From the NCBI GenBank assembly GCA_029974275.1, contig JARKSN010000276.1, positions 16,009 to 80,008 on the forward strand: DNA of 64,000 bases. The letters are read 5' to 3'. The notes under the pieces are model-generated. The model searched no databases, had not been told where the DNA came from, and saw only the letters and a program-made list of their open reading frames with translations. Below, one piece after another: positions 50,196 to 62,296 of the stretch; the first letter of the stretch is position 1, and each line of letters starts with the position of its first letter. The position numbers and the translations under genes are program-made. This DNA is from Candidatus Hydrogenedentota bacterium (GTDB taxonomy: Bacteria; Hydrogenedentota; Hydrogenedentia; Hydrogenedentales; SLHB01).

Positions 50196-50891
50196 TTGAA
50201 ATCCGTTGTCGTCATTCCCACCTACAACGAGGCCGACAATATTGGGCCGTTGATCGAGGCGATTCAGGGGGTCATGCCCGGTCTCGACATTATTGTCGTG
50301 GATGACAATTCTTCCGACGGCACCGCCGCCATCGCCGAGGGAAACGCCGGCGTTCACGTGATCCGCCGTCCGGGCAAGCAGGGGTTGGGCACGGCCTATG
50401 TCGCGGGGTATAAGTATGCCATTGGCGCGGGCTATGACCGCATTGGCGGGATGGACGCGGATTTCAGCCATGATCCGAAGGTTTTGCCGGCGCTGTTTTG
50501 CTTGCTGGACTCGTTCGACGTCGGTTTGGGCGCGCGCTATGTTCCGGGCGGCGGCACGCGCAATTGGGGCTTGCACCGGCGTCTGCTGAGCGGCGCAGCA
50601 AATCGTTTCGCGAAGTGGATGCTTCATATGCCGGTTCACGACGCCACCGGTGGATATCGTTGCTATCGCCGTGACGTGCTCGAAGCCATCGACCTCGATT
50701 CCTTGCGTTCGCAGGGATACTCGTTCCTTGTCGAACTGCTCTACCGATGCGTCAGGAAAGGTTACCGCGTGGGCGAAACCCCCATCATTTTCGAAGAACG
50801 CCGCGCCGGCGCCTCGAAACTCGATCGACGCGAGATTTTTCAAGGCGTTGTGAATCTGTTCCGCCTTCGTTTCGGCGGGAACGCGGGGTAG
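50196..50891 (+). CDS. Polyprenol monophosphomannose synthase-like GT2
   Basis: GGAGAGG then TTG; IPTYNEADNI, VDDNSSDGT, GLGTAYVAG, MDADFSHDP, DATGGYR. Confidence 0.9.
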   Translation: MKSVVVIPTYNEADNIGPLIEAIQGVMPGLDIIVVDDNSSDGTAAIAEGNAGVHVIRRPGKQGLGTAYVAGYKYAIGAGYDRIGGMDADFSHDPKVLPALFCLLDSFDVGLGARYVPGGGTRNWGLHRRLLSGAANRFAKWMLHMPVHDATGGYRCYRRDVLEAIDLDSLRSQGYSFLVELLYRCVRKGYRVGETPIIFEERRAGASKLDRREIFQGVVNLFRLRFGGNAG

Positions 50892-50897
50892 GCGTCT

Positions 50898-52652
50898 ATG
50901 ATGCGCCATTGGGCGTTGTGGCTCATTCTGATCGCAGCCGGGGCTTTGCGCTTTTGGGGGCTGTCGCAACAGGGCATTCTGGCCGTGGATGAAGGCCGCT
51001 ATGTTCTCGACGCGCTTAGCAAGCACGAAGAGGTTCGCATCTATGGGGACCTGTTCCGCGCACGGCAAGCCGAACGAGCGGGCGGGCCCGGATTCGAACT
51101 CTCCAAGGCGTTGCCAATGGCCGAAGCGAAACTGCGCGAACACGCTCCATTCTCGCCCAAACTGCTCTACAGCTACCTGACCGCCGCCGTCATGATCGCG
51201 ATGGGATTCAAGGTCTGGGCGTGCAATGTTGTCGAGGCGGCGGCGGGGCTTCTGATGATTCTGGCGACGTGGGCGTTTGTCCGGTCGCTCGCGGGAGAAC
51301 GCGCGGGACTGGTCGCGGCGGGCGTGCTGGCAGCGTCGGCCTATCATGTCTACTATTCGCGCAACGGCTATCCGCAGACGGCATGCGCATTGTTCGTACT
51401 CATGGCGGTGTTGGTCCATTGGCGCGGCGAGCGCGTGGCGCGTGCGACGAGCGATCGCGATCGAGTCCGTCTTGTGCGGGACATTCACAATGGATTTGCA
51501 GGCGTGTTGGCGGGCTTGAGTTTTTGGGTCAATTATCAATCGGCGGGGGCGTTGCCGCTGCTGGCGGCGGTCCATCTGCTCATGAGTGCGCGGGGCGGCT
51601 CGGCGATCGAAAAACTCGGTCGTTTCGTGCGCGGGGGCGTCGCGATGGCCCTTGGATTCGCGACGGTCATCGTCGTTGCCGAAATCGTCTCCTATCCGGC
51701 GATTTTGCTCTTCCGCAGCCAGGGGTTGCAATATCCACACGGCACGTTTCTGGAACTTTTGGCGCCGCGTTTCACGGCGCAGACGCATGTGGGCTATAAC
51801 GCATCAGGCCTGTTGTTGTTCCCGTATTTTTTGTGTCTGTTTGAAGGAGTCATTTGGTGCGGCATTGCGTTATTTCTCGGAATGGCGGCTGCGGTGTTGT
51901 GGAAAAAAGACCGCGAAACAGAAGGCTCGGCGGCGGGGAATTATGAACGCGTCGTGTATTTTGCGGCGGCGGCATTCGTTCCGTGGATCATCTTTTCCGT
52001 CAAGACCATGCAGGGCGCGCGCATGTTTCTATACCTCTTGCCGTTTGTGGCGGCGTGGATAGGCGTGGCCGTTTCGACGATTTGGACTGTGCGCAGTCCG
52101 CGGCGCCGGGCGCGCCGGGCGGCGACGGCGGCGTTGCTTGCATTGGGGGCGTGTTCGAGCCTGTATCATGTGCGGGAAATCCTTGCCATGCGATCGGCAT
52201 ATCCGGAAGTGATCCGCTATGCGCGGGAGCATCAACACGCGCCTGTGTACGCGGCGTGGTCCGCCGTGCTCGAGAGCTATCTGCACGATTCCGGACTCAA
52301 CGGCGGCGCGCTTGAGGTCGGCGCCGCAAACGATGTAAGCACGCCGCAGTTGTATGTGAGCGATTGGCAGGAGCTTTATTACGGCAATTATCCAGATCAG
52401 CCCAATCCGTTCGGGAAAGAAGTCAAGCCTGTAGCCGAGTTCGAGCATGATTTTGGGCGTATTTTTTTGGAAACGGAGGCGTTTCCTTCCTACGGGCGGA
52501 CGTGGCATAGCATTCGGTGGGTGCGCGGGCTCGACTTGGGGCGCGCCCGCAAGCTGCTTGTCTACGATCTGCGTCAAACCCGGCTGCGCGGGCCTGGAGA
52601 TGATCCTATGGGCCTCCCTGAACTTTGGATCACGTTTCCGGGCAAGCGGTAA
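50898..52652 (+). CDS. GT-C membrane glycosyltransferase (PMT/ArnT-like)
   Basis: GALRFWGL...VDEGRY after first TM; GLVAAGVLAASAYHVYYSR; many TM segments. Confidence 0.7.
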   Translation: MMRHWALWLILIAAGALRFWGLSQQGILAVDEGRYVLDALSKHEEVRIYGDLFRARQAERAGGPGFELSKALPMAEAKLREHAPFSPKLLYSYLTAAVMIAMGFKVWACNVVEAAAGLLMILATWAFVRSLAGERAGLVAAGVLAASAYHVYYSRNGYPQTACALFVLMAVLVHWRGERVARATSDRDRVRLVRDIHNGFAGVLAGLSFWVNYQSAGALPLLAAVHLLMSARGGSAIEKLGRFVRGGVAMALGFATVIVVAEIVSYPAILLFRSQGLQYPHGTFLELLAPRFTAQTHVGYNASGLLLFPYFLCLFEGVIWCGIALFLGMAAAVLWKKDRETEGSAAGNYERVVYFAAAAFVPWIIFSVKTMQGARMFLYLLPFVAAWIGVAVSTIWTVRSPRRRARRAATAALLALGACSSLYHVREILAMRSAYPEVIRYAREHQHAPVYAAWSAVLESYLHDSGLNGGALEVGAANDVSTPQLYVSDWQELYYGNYPDQPNPFGKEVKPVAEFEHDFGRIFLETEAFPSYGRTWHSIRWVRGLDLGRARKLLVYDLRQTRLRGPGDDPMGLPELWITFPGKR

Positions 52653-52721
52653 GGGGCATGGCGACGATCGTTTTTTCCGCCATGTCTGCCCGCGTTTTTG
52701 TTTTTGGGTTGGCACGTTCGA

Positions 52722-52750
52722 TTGACTGGCTTGGGGGGGCGTGCTATTCT
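52722..52750 (+). promoter_or_regulatory. Putative sigma70 promoter of exeAB with G7 run in spacer
   Basis: TTGACT-N17-TATTCT with extended TG; GGGGGGG at 52733-52739. Confidence 0.55.
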
Positions 52751-52835
52751 GCCCCGGATAGTTCGAGCGTCTTGGGAGATTGTCGCGTCGGTGGCCAATC
52801 CGCCGTAAATGCGGCGCAACCGAAGCAAGACCAGC

Positions 52836-54763
52836 ATGTACGAAGCATTTTTTGGGTTACGCGAGAGGCCCTTTAATCTGACGCCGGACCCGCGTTTTCT
52901 TTTCCTGAGCGAAAAGCACAAGGAAGCCTTTGCGCATCTGCTGTATGGCATAAAAAATCGCAGCGGATTCGTGATGGTGACCGGCGAAATCGGCACCGGG
53001 AAGACAACGATCTCCCGCACCCTGCTGCAGCAGCTCCACGATGACACCGAGATTGCATTCATTTTCAACCCGTTCCTATCGCCTGAAGAGCTGCTGCGAA
53101 AAATCAACGAGGACTTCGGCATCGAGTCGAAGGGCGAAACGATCAAGGACCTGGTTGACGAGCTAAACGCATATTTGCTCGATCGCGGCGCGTGCGGCAA
53201 GAACTGTATTTTGGTGATCGACGAGGCGCAAGACCTTGCCCCGAACGTGTTGGAACACGTGAGGCTGCTTTCGAATCTCGAAACCGAGACCCAGAAGCTA
53301 TTGCAGATCATTCTGATTGGGCAGCCCGAGCTTGCCCAGCACCTTGAATTGCCGGAATTGCGCCAACTGAATCAACGCATTACGGCGCGTTACCACCTTT
53401 TCCCCCTGGACCGTTCCGAGACGGTGCAGTACATTGCATTTCGTCTGCGGGCAGCGGGCGGGTTGCGCAGGGTTCGTTTCACCCGGGGCGCATTGCGGGC
53501 GGTGTACCGCTATTCCGGCGGCGTGCCGCGCGTCATCAATTCGATCTGCGATCGTGCGCTTCTGGTCGCATACACGCAGGAAGCCCGCGATATCACCGTT
53601 GCAACCGTCCGAAAAGCGGCGCAGGAGGTTCGTGGACAACGCGTTGTCGCGCCCCAAAAACGGCAGCCGCGACGCTGGCGGGCATGGGCTCCGGCGCCGG
53701 TGTTTGTTCTTCTGGCGCTTGTTTTGGCGATGGCGGCAAATGTCGCGTACGAATGGGCGGCCGATCGCAAGGCGATGGCTCCTTCCACGACGGAGCGATC
53801 GGACCTGATGGATCGAGATCCGTTGGCGGCTCGCGCCGTGGCGGCGGGTGAAGTGTTGGCGCGCGAAGCGGCACAGGGGTCGGAATCATCTCCTGCTCTT
53901 GTCAGGGCTCAGCGTTCCTTGGATGAGGCGTTGCTGTCGTTGGACAGCGTGACGGCCCGCAACGCTGCCGCGGCAGGATTGCTGCATGCGTGGAACATGG
54001 CGTTATTGGGCGGGTATCCCGAGGGGGATGATGTGAGCCAGTTAGCCAAGTTCGCTGCGGTGAACGGTTTGACGTTGACGCCTGTGCAGGTTTCCGTCGA
54101 GCAGCTTGCGGCGATAGGGCTTCCCGCGTTTGTGCGGATTGCCGGCGACCGGGAGGTACTCTGGCTCGGAGTCGTCGGGATTGATAACGATCAAATCCGG
54201 TTGACGGCGCGCGTCGGCGAAATCGTGCCAGCGTCTTGGAATGCCTTCGCCGCCCGTTATCAGAGGCAGGCAGCCATACTGTGGCGTGATGCCGGAGGGG
54301 CGGCGTTGCGAAAAGGAATGACCGGCGACGCGGTGCAGGAACTGCAGCGGCGACTCAAGGCAGCCGGACTGCTCCAAAACGGCGCTCCGGGCGTGTTTGA
54401 CGACGCGACAAACGTTGCCGTGCAGGAATTGCAGCGGCTGACCGGTCTGAACGTCGATGGCGTTGTCGGTTCCAACACACGGATGGTTCTTGAGAGCTGG
54501 GGCGGCGGCGCCGTGCGAGAGGCTTTTGCGGGCGGCAAGGCGCGCATGCTTGCAGCGAGAGCCGCTTCGTCCAAAGGTGAAGTTTCCGCCGCGTCTACAG
54601 CGCCAATTGAAACGGATCCTTCTGCAACTTCGGTTGCCGTATCGCCCTCCCCGTTGACTTCGGAAGAGGGGGCTCCCGATGCGCTCTCTTCTTCTGACTC
54701 CGGGTCTTTTGTCGAGGCGCCAAGCGTTCCTGCGGCGTCAACGCAATCGGAGGAAACGACGGG

Positions 54764-54767
<4 letters not shown>
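52836..54767 (+). CDS. exeA: ExeA/GspA-like AAA ATPase with TM helix and peptidoglycan-binding domain
   Basis: MYEAFFGLRERPFNLTPDPRF, GEIGTGKTT, IDEAQ, GQPEL, QRITARY; LRKGMTGDAVQELQ...DGVVGSNT. Confidence 0.9.
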
Positions 54768-56014
<1,247 letters not shown>

Positions 56015-56123
56015 CTTGTTTTTTCACAAAGCTGCGCTCCGATGTCGGCACGTTTCACTGCGCAGGGCAGGAATATCGGGAAACAGGAAAGGGCCTTTCT
56101 CGATCCTCATGCGATGCGCTGAC

Positions 56124-56158
56124 AGAAAACGGAGGCGGTTCTCGGACCTTCGCCTCCG
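56124..56158 (-). terminator. Probable intrinsic terminator after rluB
   Basis: cggaggcg / cgcctccg stem followed by ttttct on minus strand. Confidence 0.55.
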
Positions 56159-56160
56159 GG

Positions 56161-56877
56161 TCACGCGAGGCCGGTGAGTTTTTGTAGCCGTTTGACTTCG
56201 TCTTTGTTGAGACGGCGCCATTCGCCGGGCTTGAGGCCGTCGGTCGTGATGCCCGCCATGGAGAGGCGCCGCAGTTCGCGCACTGGATGTCCCGCTTCTT
56301 CGAGCAGCCGTTTCACTTCATGCTTGCGGCCTTCACGCATCACCAGGCGGATGTTGGTCGACCGTTCGGCATGTTTGAGGATATCGACCACGGCCGCTTT
56401 CGCCACGCCGTCTTCGAGTTTCACGCCCGCGCGCAGCAATGCCGCCGTTTGTTTGCTCATGAGCCCGCGCACCTTGGCGAGATACACCTTGTCAATTTGG
56501 TATCGCGGGTGCGTGAGACGCAACGCCATTTCACCGTCGTTCGTCAAGAGCAACGCTCCCTCGACGTCGCGATCGAGCCGCCCCACGGGGTACACGCGCG
56601 CTTGCACGCCTTGAATGCAATCAAGGACCGTTTTGCGTCCAAACGGATCGATCGCGCTGGTGACGATGCCTGCGGCCTTGTTGAGGAGGATGTAGACCTT
56701 CTCCTCGTGACGTTCGACGGTTTTGCCATCAACAGCAACGACGTCTTGTTCGACATCGACCGACTGCCCCAGCGTAGCGACGTTGCCATTCACCGTGACG
56801 CGACCCGCCGTAATGAGCGTTTCCGCATGCCGCCGCGACGCCACCCCGCATTCGGCAAGAAAGCGTTGCAGTCGCAT
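56161..56877 (-). CDS. rluB: rRNA pseudouridine synthase (RsuA/RluB family)
   Basis: MRLQRFLAECGVASRRHAE S4 domain, YPVGRLD, LLLTNDG, EGRKHEVKR. Start could extend to 57000. Confidence 0.85.
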   Translation of the reverse strand: MRLQRFLAECGVASRRHAETLITAGRVTVNGNVATLGQSVDVEQDVVAVDGKTVERHEEKVYILLNKAAGIVTSAIDPFGRKTVLDCIQGVQARVYPVGRLDRDVEGALLLTNDGEMALRLTHPRYQIDKVYLAKVRGLMSKQTAALLRAGVKLEDGVAKAAVVDILKHAERSTNIRLVMREGRKHEVKRLLEEAGHPVRELRRLSMAGITTDGLKPGEWRRLNKDEVKRLQKLTGLA

Positions 56878-56983
56878 GACATGGACGGGTTTTGGCGAGG
56901 GAGCAGAGGACGTAGCGCGTTGGGGACGTGAAAACGGCTCCTGCTGCGCGAGAGCGCCGCGTTTCCCCTCGCCTCTATTTTTC

Positions 56984-58288
56984 TCATGCGCTGGCGACAT
57001 AGGCCTCGATCGAATCGCGCAGGGTTTTCAATATCCATGCGCGCTTCGCGTCGTCGGTTTCGAGCAGCGTGAAGCGGAAGCCGTCGTGGCTGCATTGGAA
57101 GCCTGTAAGCGGCACGACGACGATGCCCGTCGATCCCATGAGGTAGTATACGAAGCGTTTGTCCGGCGCGACGTTGACGACGAGTTCCTCGATACGCGTC
57201 CGAATGCGCCGGTCATCGATGGGGAGGGTCTGCCGGTCGTTGAGCACGCCCGGCTTGAACATCACGGTGCAATAGAAAGCCCCGCTGGGCTTGTTGAACA
57301 CCACATGTTCGCAGTGAGCAAAGGCGCGGTGCGCTTCTTGAGCCCTGGTTTCGAACATTTTTTCGCGGAACAGAAGATGTCCGGGATACCGGGAATCGCC
57401 CATCACGCGCGGGATTGTCATTTGCGGCAATGTCGTGGATGAGACCTCGAGGCGTTTTGCGGCAAGCAGACTGTCCACGTACGTTGCAAAGTTTGCGTCT
57501 CTTTTTTTGTTCAACACTTCGAGCCATCCACAGCGCGAGCCCGGCCACGGATATTCTTTGCTGATGCCGCGCATGGCCAGCGCGGGCACGTCGCCGACCC
57601 ATTCGCTGAGGTGTAGCCGGGGGCTTCCGTTGTACACGATGTGAACATATATCTCGTCCGCGATGATGAAGAGGTCGTGTTGGCGTGCGATTTCGGCGAT
57701 TTCCTCGAGTATCTCGCGCGGATATACCGCGCCGGTCGGGTTGTCGGGAGATAGCAGAAGAATGCCGGCGATCGCGTCGTTGTATTTGACCTTCATCCGA
57801 ATGTCCTCGACGTCCGGCATCCAGCCGCGTTCCGGCAAAAGGTCATAGGTCAAGGGATTGTAGCCGGAATGGGCCGCTTCCGCGGAGGAATGCGTGCTAT
57901 ACGCAGGCGATGGCCCCAACACGCGGGCCTCGCGCCGCAAAAAACCGTACACCTTGGCCACGGCGTCGCCAAGGCCATTGAAGAACATGATGTCGTCCAT
58001 GGTGATCTGGACGCCGCCGGGCCGCGCGTTGACGTGCTCGGCCAAAAACTCGCGGGTCTGCAGCACGCCTTGCGTGTCGCAATACCCCCACGATCGCGGC
58101 TGGTCCACGGTCTCATGGACGATCCCGCGAATCCAATCCGGCACGACTTCGCCTTTTTCGATGGGATCGCCGATGTTTTCCCAAATAATCGCACGACCCA
58201 TTTTTTGGATTTCGCGTGCGACGATTACAATCTCGCGGATTTCGTAGCTGAGACTTCCCGCCCCAGCGTGGACGATATTTCTTCTCAT
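56984..58288 (-). CDS. PLP-dependent aminotransferase class I/II (AlaA-like)
   Basis: LSYEIR, NIGDP, PDNPTGAVY, ADEIY, GISKEYPWPGSRCGW, GAFY. Confidence 0.9.
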   Translation of the reverse strand: MRRNIVHAGAGSLSYEIREIVIVAREIQKMGRAIIWENIGDPIEKGEVVPDWIRGIVHETVDQPRSWGYCDTQGVLQTREFLAEHVNARPGGVQITMDDIMFFNGLGDAVAKVYGFLRREARVLGPSPAYSTHSSAEAAHSGYNPLTYDLLPERGWMPDVEDIRMKVKYNDAIAGILLLSPDNPTGAVYPREILEEIAEIARQHDLFIIADEIYVHIVYNGSPRLHLSEWVGDVPALAMRGISKEYPWPGSRCGWLEVLNKKRDANFATYVDSLLAAKRLEVSSTTLPQMTIPRVMGDSRYPGHLLFREKMFETRAQEAHRAFAHCEHVVFNKPSGAFYCTVMFKPGVLNDRQTLPIDDRRIRTRIEELVVNVAPDKRFVYYLMGSTGIVVVPLTGFQCSHDGFRFTLLETDDAKRAWILKTLRDSIEAYVASA

Positions 58289-58552
58289 GTCGGCTCCATC
58301 TCTCGGCGCAGGACCGCTTTGGGCGCGCCTATACACAAATCATGCGCATGAACGGCGGAATGGCCCCGTTATGCAGCGTGGTTTTGCCCGGGAATGCAAG
58401 AGGCGATGATACGCCAGGAAGGCCTCGATTTCAATGGCGCGGTTCGGCCATGATGGAGAAAGCTGGCCATTTTGTGGCGGAAAAGCTATACTAGGGGCTG
58501 TATTCCCGAGTCAACCGCCCTGCGTTGCCTGGGCAGGAAGAGGAGAATCCGC

Positions 58553-59488
58553 ATGCCTCACCATTCCCGACGTGATTTCTTGAAATATACGGCCACGGCT
58601 GGCGCGGCGGCAGCGCTGGGGGGAGGCGTTCCGGCATTTGCCCAGGATGCGGCGCCGAGCATGGTCATCGCTCGTTGGAGCGGGGCTCCCGTGCCCGAAG
58701 AGGAAGTGGCGGCGATGGCGATCAAGCTGACGACGGAGGCGATCGCCGCTTTGGGGGGGATGGCGCGCTTTGTCAAGAAAGGCGACGCGGTTTGGGTGAA
58801 ACCCAATATTGGCTGGGACAAGAAGCCGGAATTTGCCGCCAACACGAATCCGGATGTCGTGGGCACGCTCGTGAAGCTTTGCTATGACGCGGGCGCCAAA
58901 AAGGTCAAGGTGGGCGATCTCACGTGCAATTCGCCCAAGGCGACGTACGCGAACAGCGGCATCGAGGCGGCGGCGCGCGCGGCGGGCGCCGAGGTGGTAT
59001 TGGTCGACAAGGACCGTTTTCGCGAGGTGACGTTGGGCGGCAAACGCCTCGAAAAATGGGCCGTCTATCCTGATATCGTCGAATCGGACTTGGTGATTAA
59101 CGTGCCGGTGGTCAAGCATCACGTGATATCGAAGATCACGGCGTGCATGAAGAACTACATGGGCGTGATCGGCGGCAACCGATCGGCGTGGCATCAAGAT
59201 ATCCCAAATTGTTTGTGCGATATCACGGCGTACATGAAGCCGAAGTTGTCGGTGTTGGATGCGATTCGCATTCTTACGGCAAATGGGCCGACGGGCGGCA
59301 ATCTTCAGGATGTCAAGCGGACAGATACGGTTGCAGCGGGCACGGACATTGTCGCGCTCGATGCGTTCGGCGCGGAGCTTTTGGGGCACAAGTCGGCGGA
59401 CCTCGAATTTCTCGTCGAGGCCGATCGACGCGGGCTCGGCAAGATGGAATATCGCTTGTTGTCGCCTAAGGAGTTGTCTGTCGCGTGA
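58553..59488 (+). CDS. Tat-exported DUF362 domain protein
   Basis: AGGAG SD; SRRDFLK twin-arginine signal; VKPNIGW, ANTNP, VPVVKHH, MKNYMG, ANGPTGG. Confidence 0.88.
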   Translation: MPHHSRRDFLKYTATAGAAAALGGGVPAFAQDAAPSMVIARWSGAPVPEEEVAAMAIKLTTEAIAALGGMARFVKKGDAVWVKPNIGWDKKPEFAANTNPDVVGTLVKLCYDAGAKKVKVGDLTCNSPKATYANSGIEAAARAAGAEVVLVDKDRFREVTLGGKRLEKWAVYPDIVESDLVINVPVVKHHVISKITACMKNYMGVIGGNRSAWHQDIPNCLCDITAYMKPKLSVLDAIRILTANGPTGGNLQDVKRTDTVAAGTDIVALDAFGAELLGHKSADLEFLVEADRRGLGKMEYRLLSPKELSVA

Positions 59489-61182
59489 CGCCGTCGACGG
59501 GAGCCCGCATAACGCGTTGGGCGCGCCGCATGGTGCAGGCGGCGTGTTTAACGTTGTTCGTGTGGCTGTTTCTGGCGGCGGCCTTCAAGCTTTCCGGCTT
59601 GAGCGATGCGGCGCTGGGCGGCTTTTTTTATAGCGATCCATTGATTGCGCTGGGGACGTGGGCATCGTCGCGCGCGGTGGGCGGTCTTCTCGTTTTTGCC
59701 TGCGTGACGATTGTCGCGACGCTCGCGTTGGGGCGGGTGTTCTGCGGCTGGATATGTCCGCTGGGCACCATTCACGCCGCGGCGAGCGTATGGCGCCGCG
59801 CCAAGCCGATGGTTCTTGCGCGCACGGAGTCATGGTCGAAGCGGCAGCGCGTGAAGTATTATCTGCTGGCCGCGTTTGTGGGCATGGCGCTGTTCGGCGG
59901 ACATTGGTTTGGCCTTTTCGATCCCCTGTCGTTGCTCTACCGCACATTGACGGCGAGCATTGGGCCGGGCGTTCAGCATGCCATCAAGGCAGGCACAACG
60001 GCTGTGTTTCAGGCCGATCCGCATGTTGGCCCCGTGCGCCTGGCGGCCGTCACGGAACCGATCTATCGTTTCTCGCGCGATCGGGTGTTTGGCGAAGGCC
60101 AGCAGAGCTATGAGGGCGGCTTTTTCATCCTTGCGCTATTTGCCGCAATCGTTCTGTTGAATCTATTTCGCAAGCGTTTCTGGTGCCGCTATATCTGTCC
60201 GTTGGGCGCATTGCTCGGCCTGTTGGCGAAGAGGCCGTTGTTGCAGCGAATTTGCGCCAAAGATCGGTGCACGAACTGCGCGTTGTGTCGCCTCGATTGT
60301 CAGGGCGGCGCGATTCCCGATCGGGCGACGCAGTGGATGCCGTCGGAGTGTTTCATGTGCATGAACTGCGGCGCCGCATGCGATGCGCAGGCCATTCGAT
60401 TCACGTTCGCGTCGCCGTTCAAGCCCCAGCCGGGCCCCAAACTCGACCTTGGCAAGCGCGCGATGTTGACGGCGGGCGCGGCGGGCGTGGCGGGGATGAT
60501 CGGGATGCGGCTGCCGCCGTTGGCGCGGGGCGATTTGTTCCACCCTGCCTTGATCCGGCCTCCGGGCGCGCTTGCCGAGCCCGCGTTTTTGGCGCATTGC
60601 ATTCAGTGCGGGCTGTGCATGAAGGTATGTCCGACGAACGGGTTGCAGCCGACGTTGTTCGAGGCGGGCCTCGAGGGATTGTGGACGCCGCGGCTGGCGC
60701 CGAAAATTGGCGAATGCGAGTACGAGTGCAACCGATGCGGTCAGGCATGCCCCACGCACGCGATTGAGCCGTTGCCTCTCGAAAAAAAGAAGGAAGTTCG
60801 CATCGGGTTGGCGGCTTTCGATGTTTCGCGGTGTTTGCCGTACGCGTATGGACGCGAGTGTCTGGTGTGCGAAGAGCATTGCCCCACGCCGAAAAAGGCG
60901 ATCTATTTCATCGAGGTGGATGTTCCCCTGCGCGGCGGCGGCACGCGGCGGCTCAAGCAACCCCGAGTGGATACCGACCTGTGCATCGGGTGCGGGGCGT
61001 GCGAGCGGAAATGCGTGTTTGTCGATGTCGCGGCCATTCGCGTGACGAGCGCGAACGAAACGCGCCATCCGAAAAATCAGCCCATGTTGGCCGGATCCCA
61101 GGAACTGTTGCCGCCATGGAACAGCCCGCAGGACGCATCCGGCGGCGCTTCTCCCTCCGACCCCTACGCCAACCCGTATTGA
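59485..61182 (+). CDS. Membrane polyferredoxin (NapH/MauN-like fused to NapG/MauM-like)
   Basis: GRVFCGWICPLG, RFWCRYICPLG, LIRPPGA, multiple CxxCxxCxxxC motifs; GTGA overlap with DUF362 gene. Confidence 0.88.
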   Translation: MTPSTGARITRWARRMVQAACLTLFVWLFLAAAFKLSGLSDAALGGFFYSDPLIALGTWASSRAVGGLLVFACVTIVATLALGRVFCGWICPLGTIHAAASVWRRAKPMVLARTESWSKRQRVKYYLLAAFVGMALFGGHWFGLFDPLSLLYRTLTASIGPGVQHAIKAGTTAVFQADPHVGPVRLAAVTEPIYRFSRDRVFGEGQQSYEGGFFILALFAAIVLLNLFRKRFWCRYICPLGALLGLLAKRPLLQRICAKDRCTNCALCRLDCQGGAIPDRATQWMPSECFMCMNCGAACDAQAIRFTFASPFKPQPGPKLDLGKRAMLTAGAAGVAGMIGMRLPPLARGDLFHPALIRPPGALAEPAFLAHCIQCGLCMKVCPTNGLQPTLFEAGLEGLWTPRLAPKIGECEYECNRCGQACPTHAIEPLPLEKKKEVRIGLAAFDVSRCLPYAYGRECLVCEEHCPTPKKAIYFIEVDVPLRGGGTRRLKQPRVDTDLCIGCGACERKCVFVDVAAIRVTSANETRHPKNQPMLAGSQELLPPWNSPQDASGGASPSDPYANPY

Positions 61183-61189
61183 CGTGCGT

Positions 61190-62227
61190 CTACGAAACGG
61201 TCAGACTGCGCACATAGCGCACCAGTTCCACGACATGGTCGAACGGCGTTTCCTTCAACAATCCGTGATCGAGGTTGAAAATATGACCTTGCCGGTTTCC
61301 CGCGGCAACGCAATCGCGCGCGGCGTCGCGGATGGCATCGAGGGGACCGGCGACCAGCAACCGATTGCTGAGGTTGCCCTGCAGCGCGCGCTGGGGACCT
61401 AGCTGGCCGCGCGCCTCGCGAAGGGATATCTTGCCCGACAAACTGAGGATATCCGCGCCCGACGCGTCGAGGTCTTCCAGCACGGGCCAATCGCGCGCGA
61501 ACACAATGGTCGGCGCTTTGTCCTTGAGCGCGGCAAAGATGCGCTGCTGATAGCGCAGGGCGAACTCCTTGTACAGCGCCGGCGAGAGCAGATAGGCGGC
61601 GGATTCGAAAAGTTGCACCGCCGCCGCCCCCGCCGCGATCTGAAGCAACAGGTAATCGATCGTCATGCGGGTCAGCTTGTCGAGAACCGCATGCGCGGCC
61701 ATCGGTTCCCGGTGCAGAAAATCCACCGCCCGATCCGCCGAGACCCCGAAACTGCCTCCCTCGAGCAAAAACGCCAACAGCGTCCACGGCGCGCCCGCAA
61801 AACCCAACACCGGCAGTTCCCCCTCCAGCGCGGACCGAACGAGGCGCAACGTCTCCGGCACAAACGACAGGGCCTCGGCCACATCGTACAACGTCAGCGC
61901 CCCAAGGTCCTGCGTGCCGCCAATGGGACCCTCCAGCACGGGGCCAGGCCGGAACACGAACGACGCGCCCATCGGGGCCAGAGGCGTCAAAATGTCCTGG
62001 TAAAAAATGATCGCGTCGACGCCATAACGCCGCGGCAACAGCGAAATGCGCGCCGCCAGCTCCGGATGACGAAACAACTCTTCCAGCGGCAACGGCGCTT
62101 CTTCCCGAATGCGAACATACTCCGGGTCCGTCCGGCCGGCCTGACGCATCAGCCAGACAGGCGTTCGCTCGGTCTTTTCGCCCCGCGCCGCGCGCGAGAA
62201 CAGGAAATCGCGGCAATTCTCTTGCAT
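61190..62227 (-). CDS. hemE: Uroporphyrinogen decarboxylase
   Basis: PVWLMRQAGR, DAIIFYQDIL, GFAGAPWTL, LQGNL, IFNLDHG. Confidence 0.93.
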   Translation of the reverse strand: MQENCRDFLFSRAARGEKTERTPVWLMRQAGRTDPEYVRIREEAPLPLEELFRHPELAARISLLPRRYGVDAIIFYQDILTPLAPMGASFVFRPGPVLEGPIGGTQDLGALTLYDVAEALSFVPETLRLVRSALEGELPVLGFAGAPWTLLAFLLEGGSFGVSADRAVDFLHREPMAAHAVLDKLTRMTIDYLLLQIAAGAAAVQLFESAAYLLSPALYKEFALRYQQRIFAALKDKAPTIVFARDWPVLEDLDASGADILSLSGKISLREARGQLGPQRALQGNLSNRLLVAGPLDAIRDAARDCVAAGNRQGHIFNLDHGLLKETPFDHVVELVRYVRSLTVS

Positions 62228-62296
62228 GATCGGCTGCACCGTCCCTCTGTCAGCGGTTTCGCACGGCCGGGGGCTTGCGCCGACCCCGCATACGTT

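Noticed and set aside
52710..52724. Sigma54-like TGGCACG upstream of exeA (also CGGCACG near 56046)
   Set aside because: The -12 GC is missing or not 10 nt from GG.
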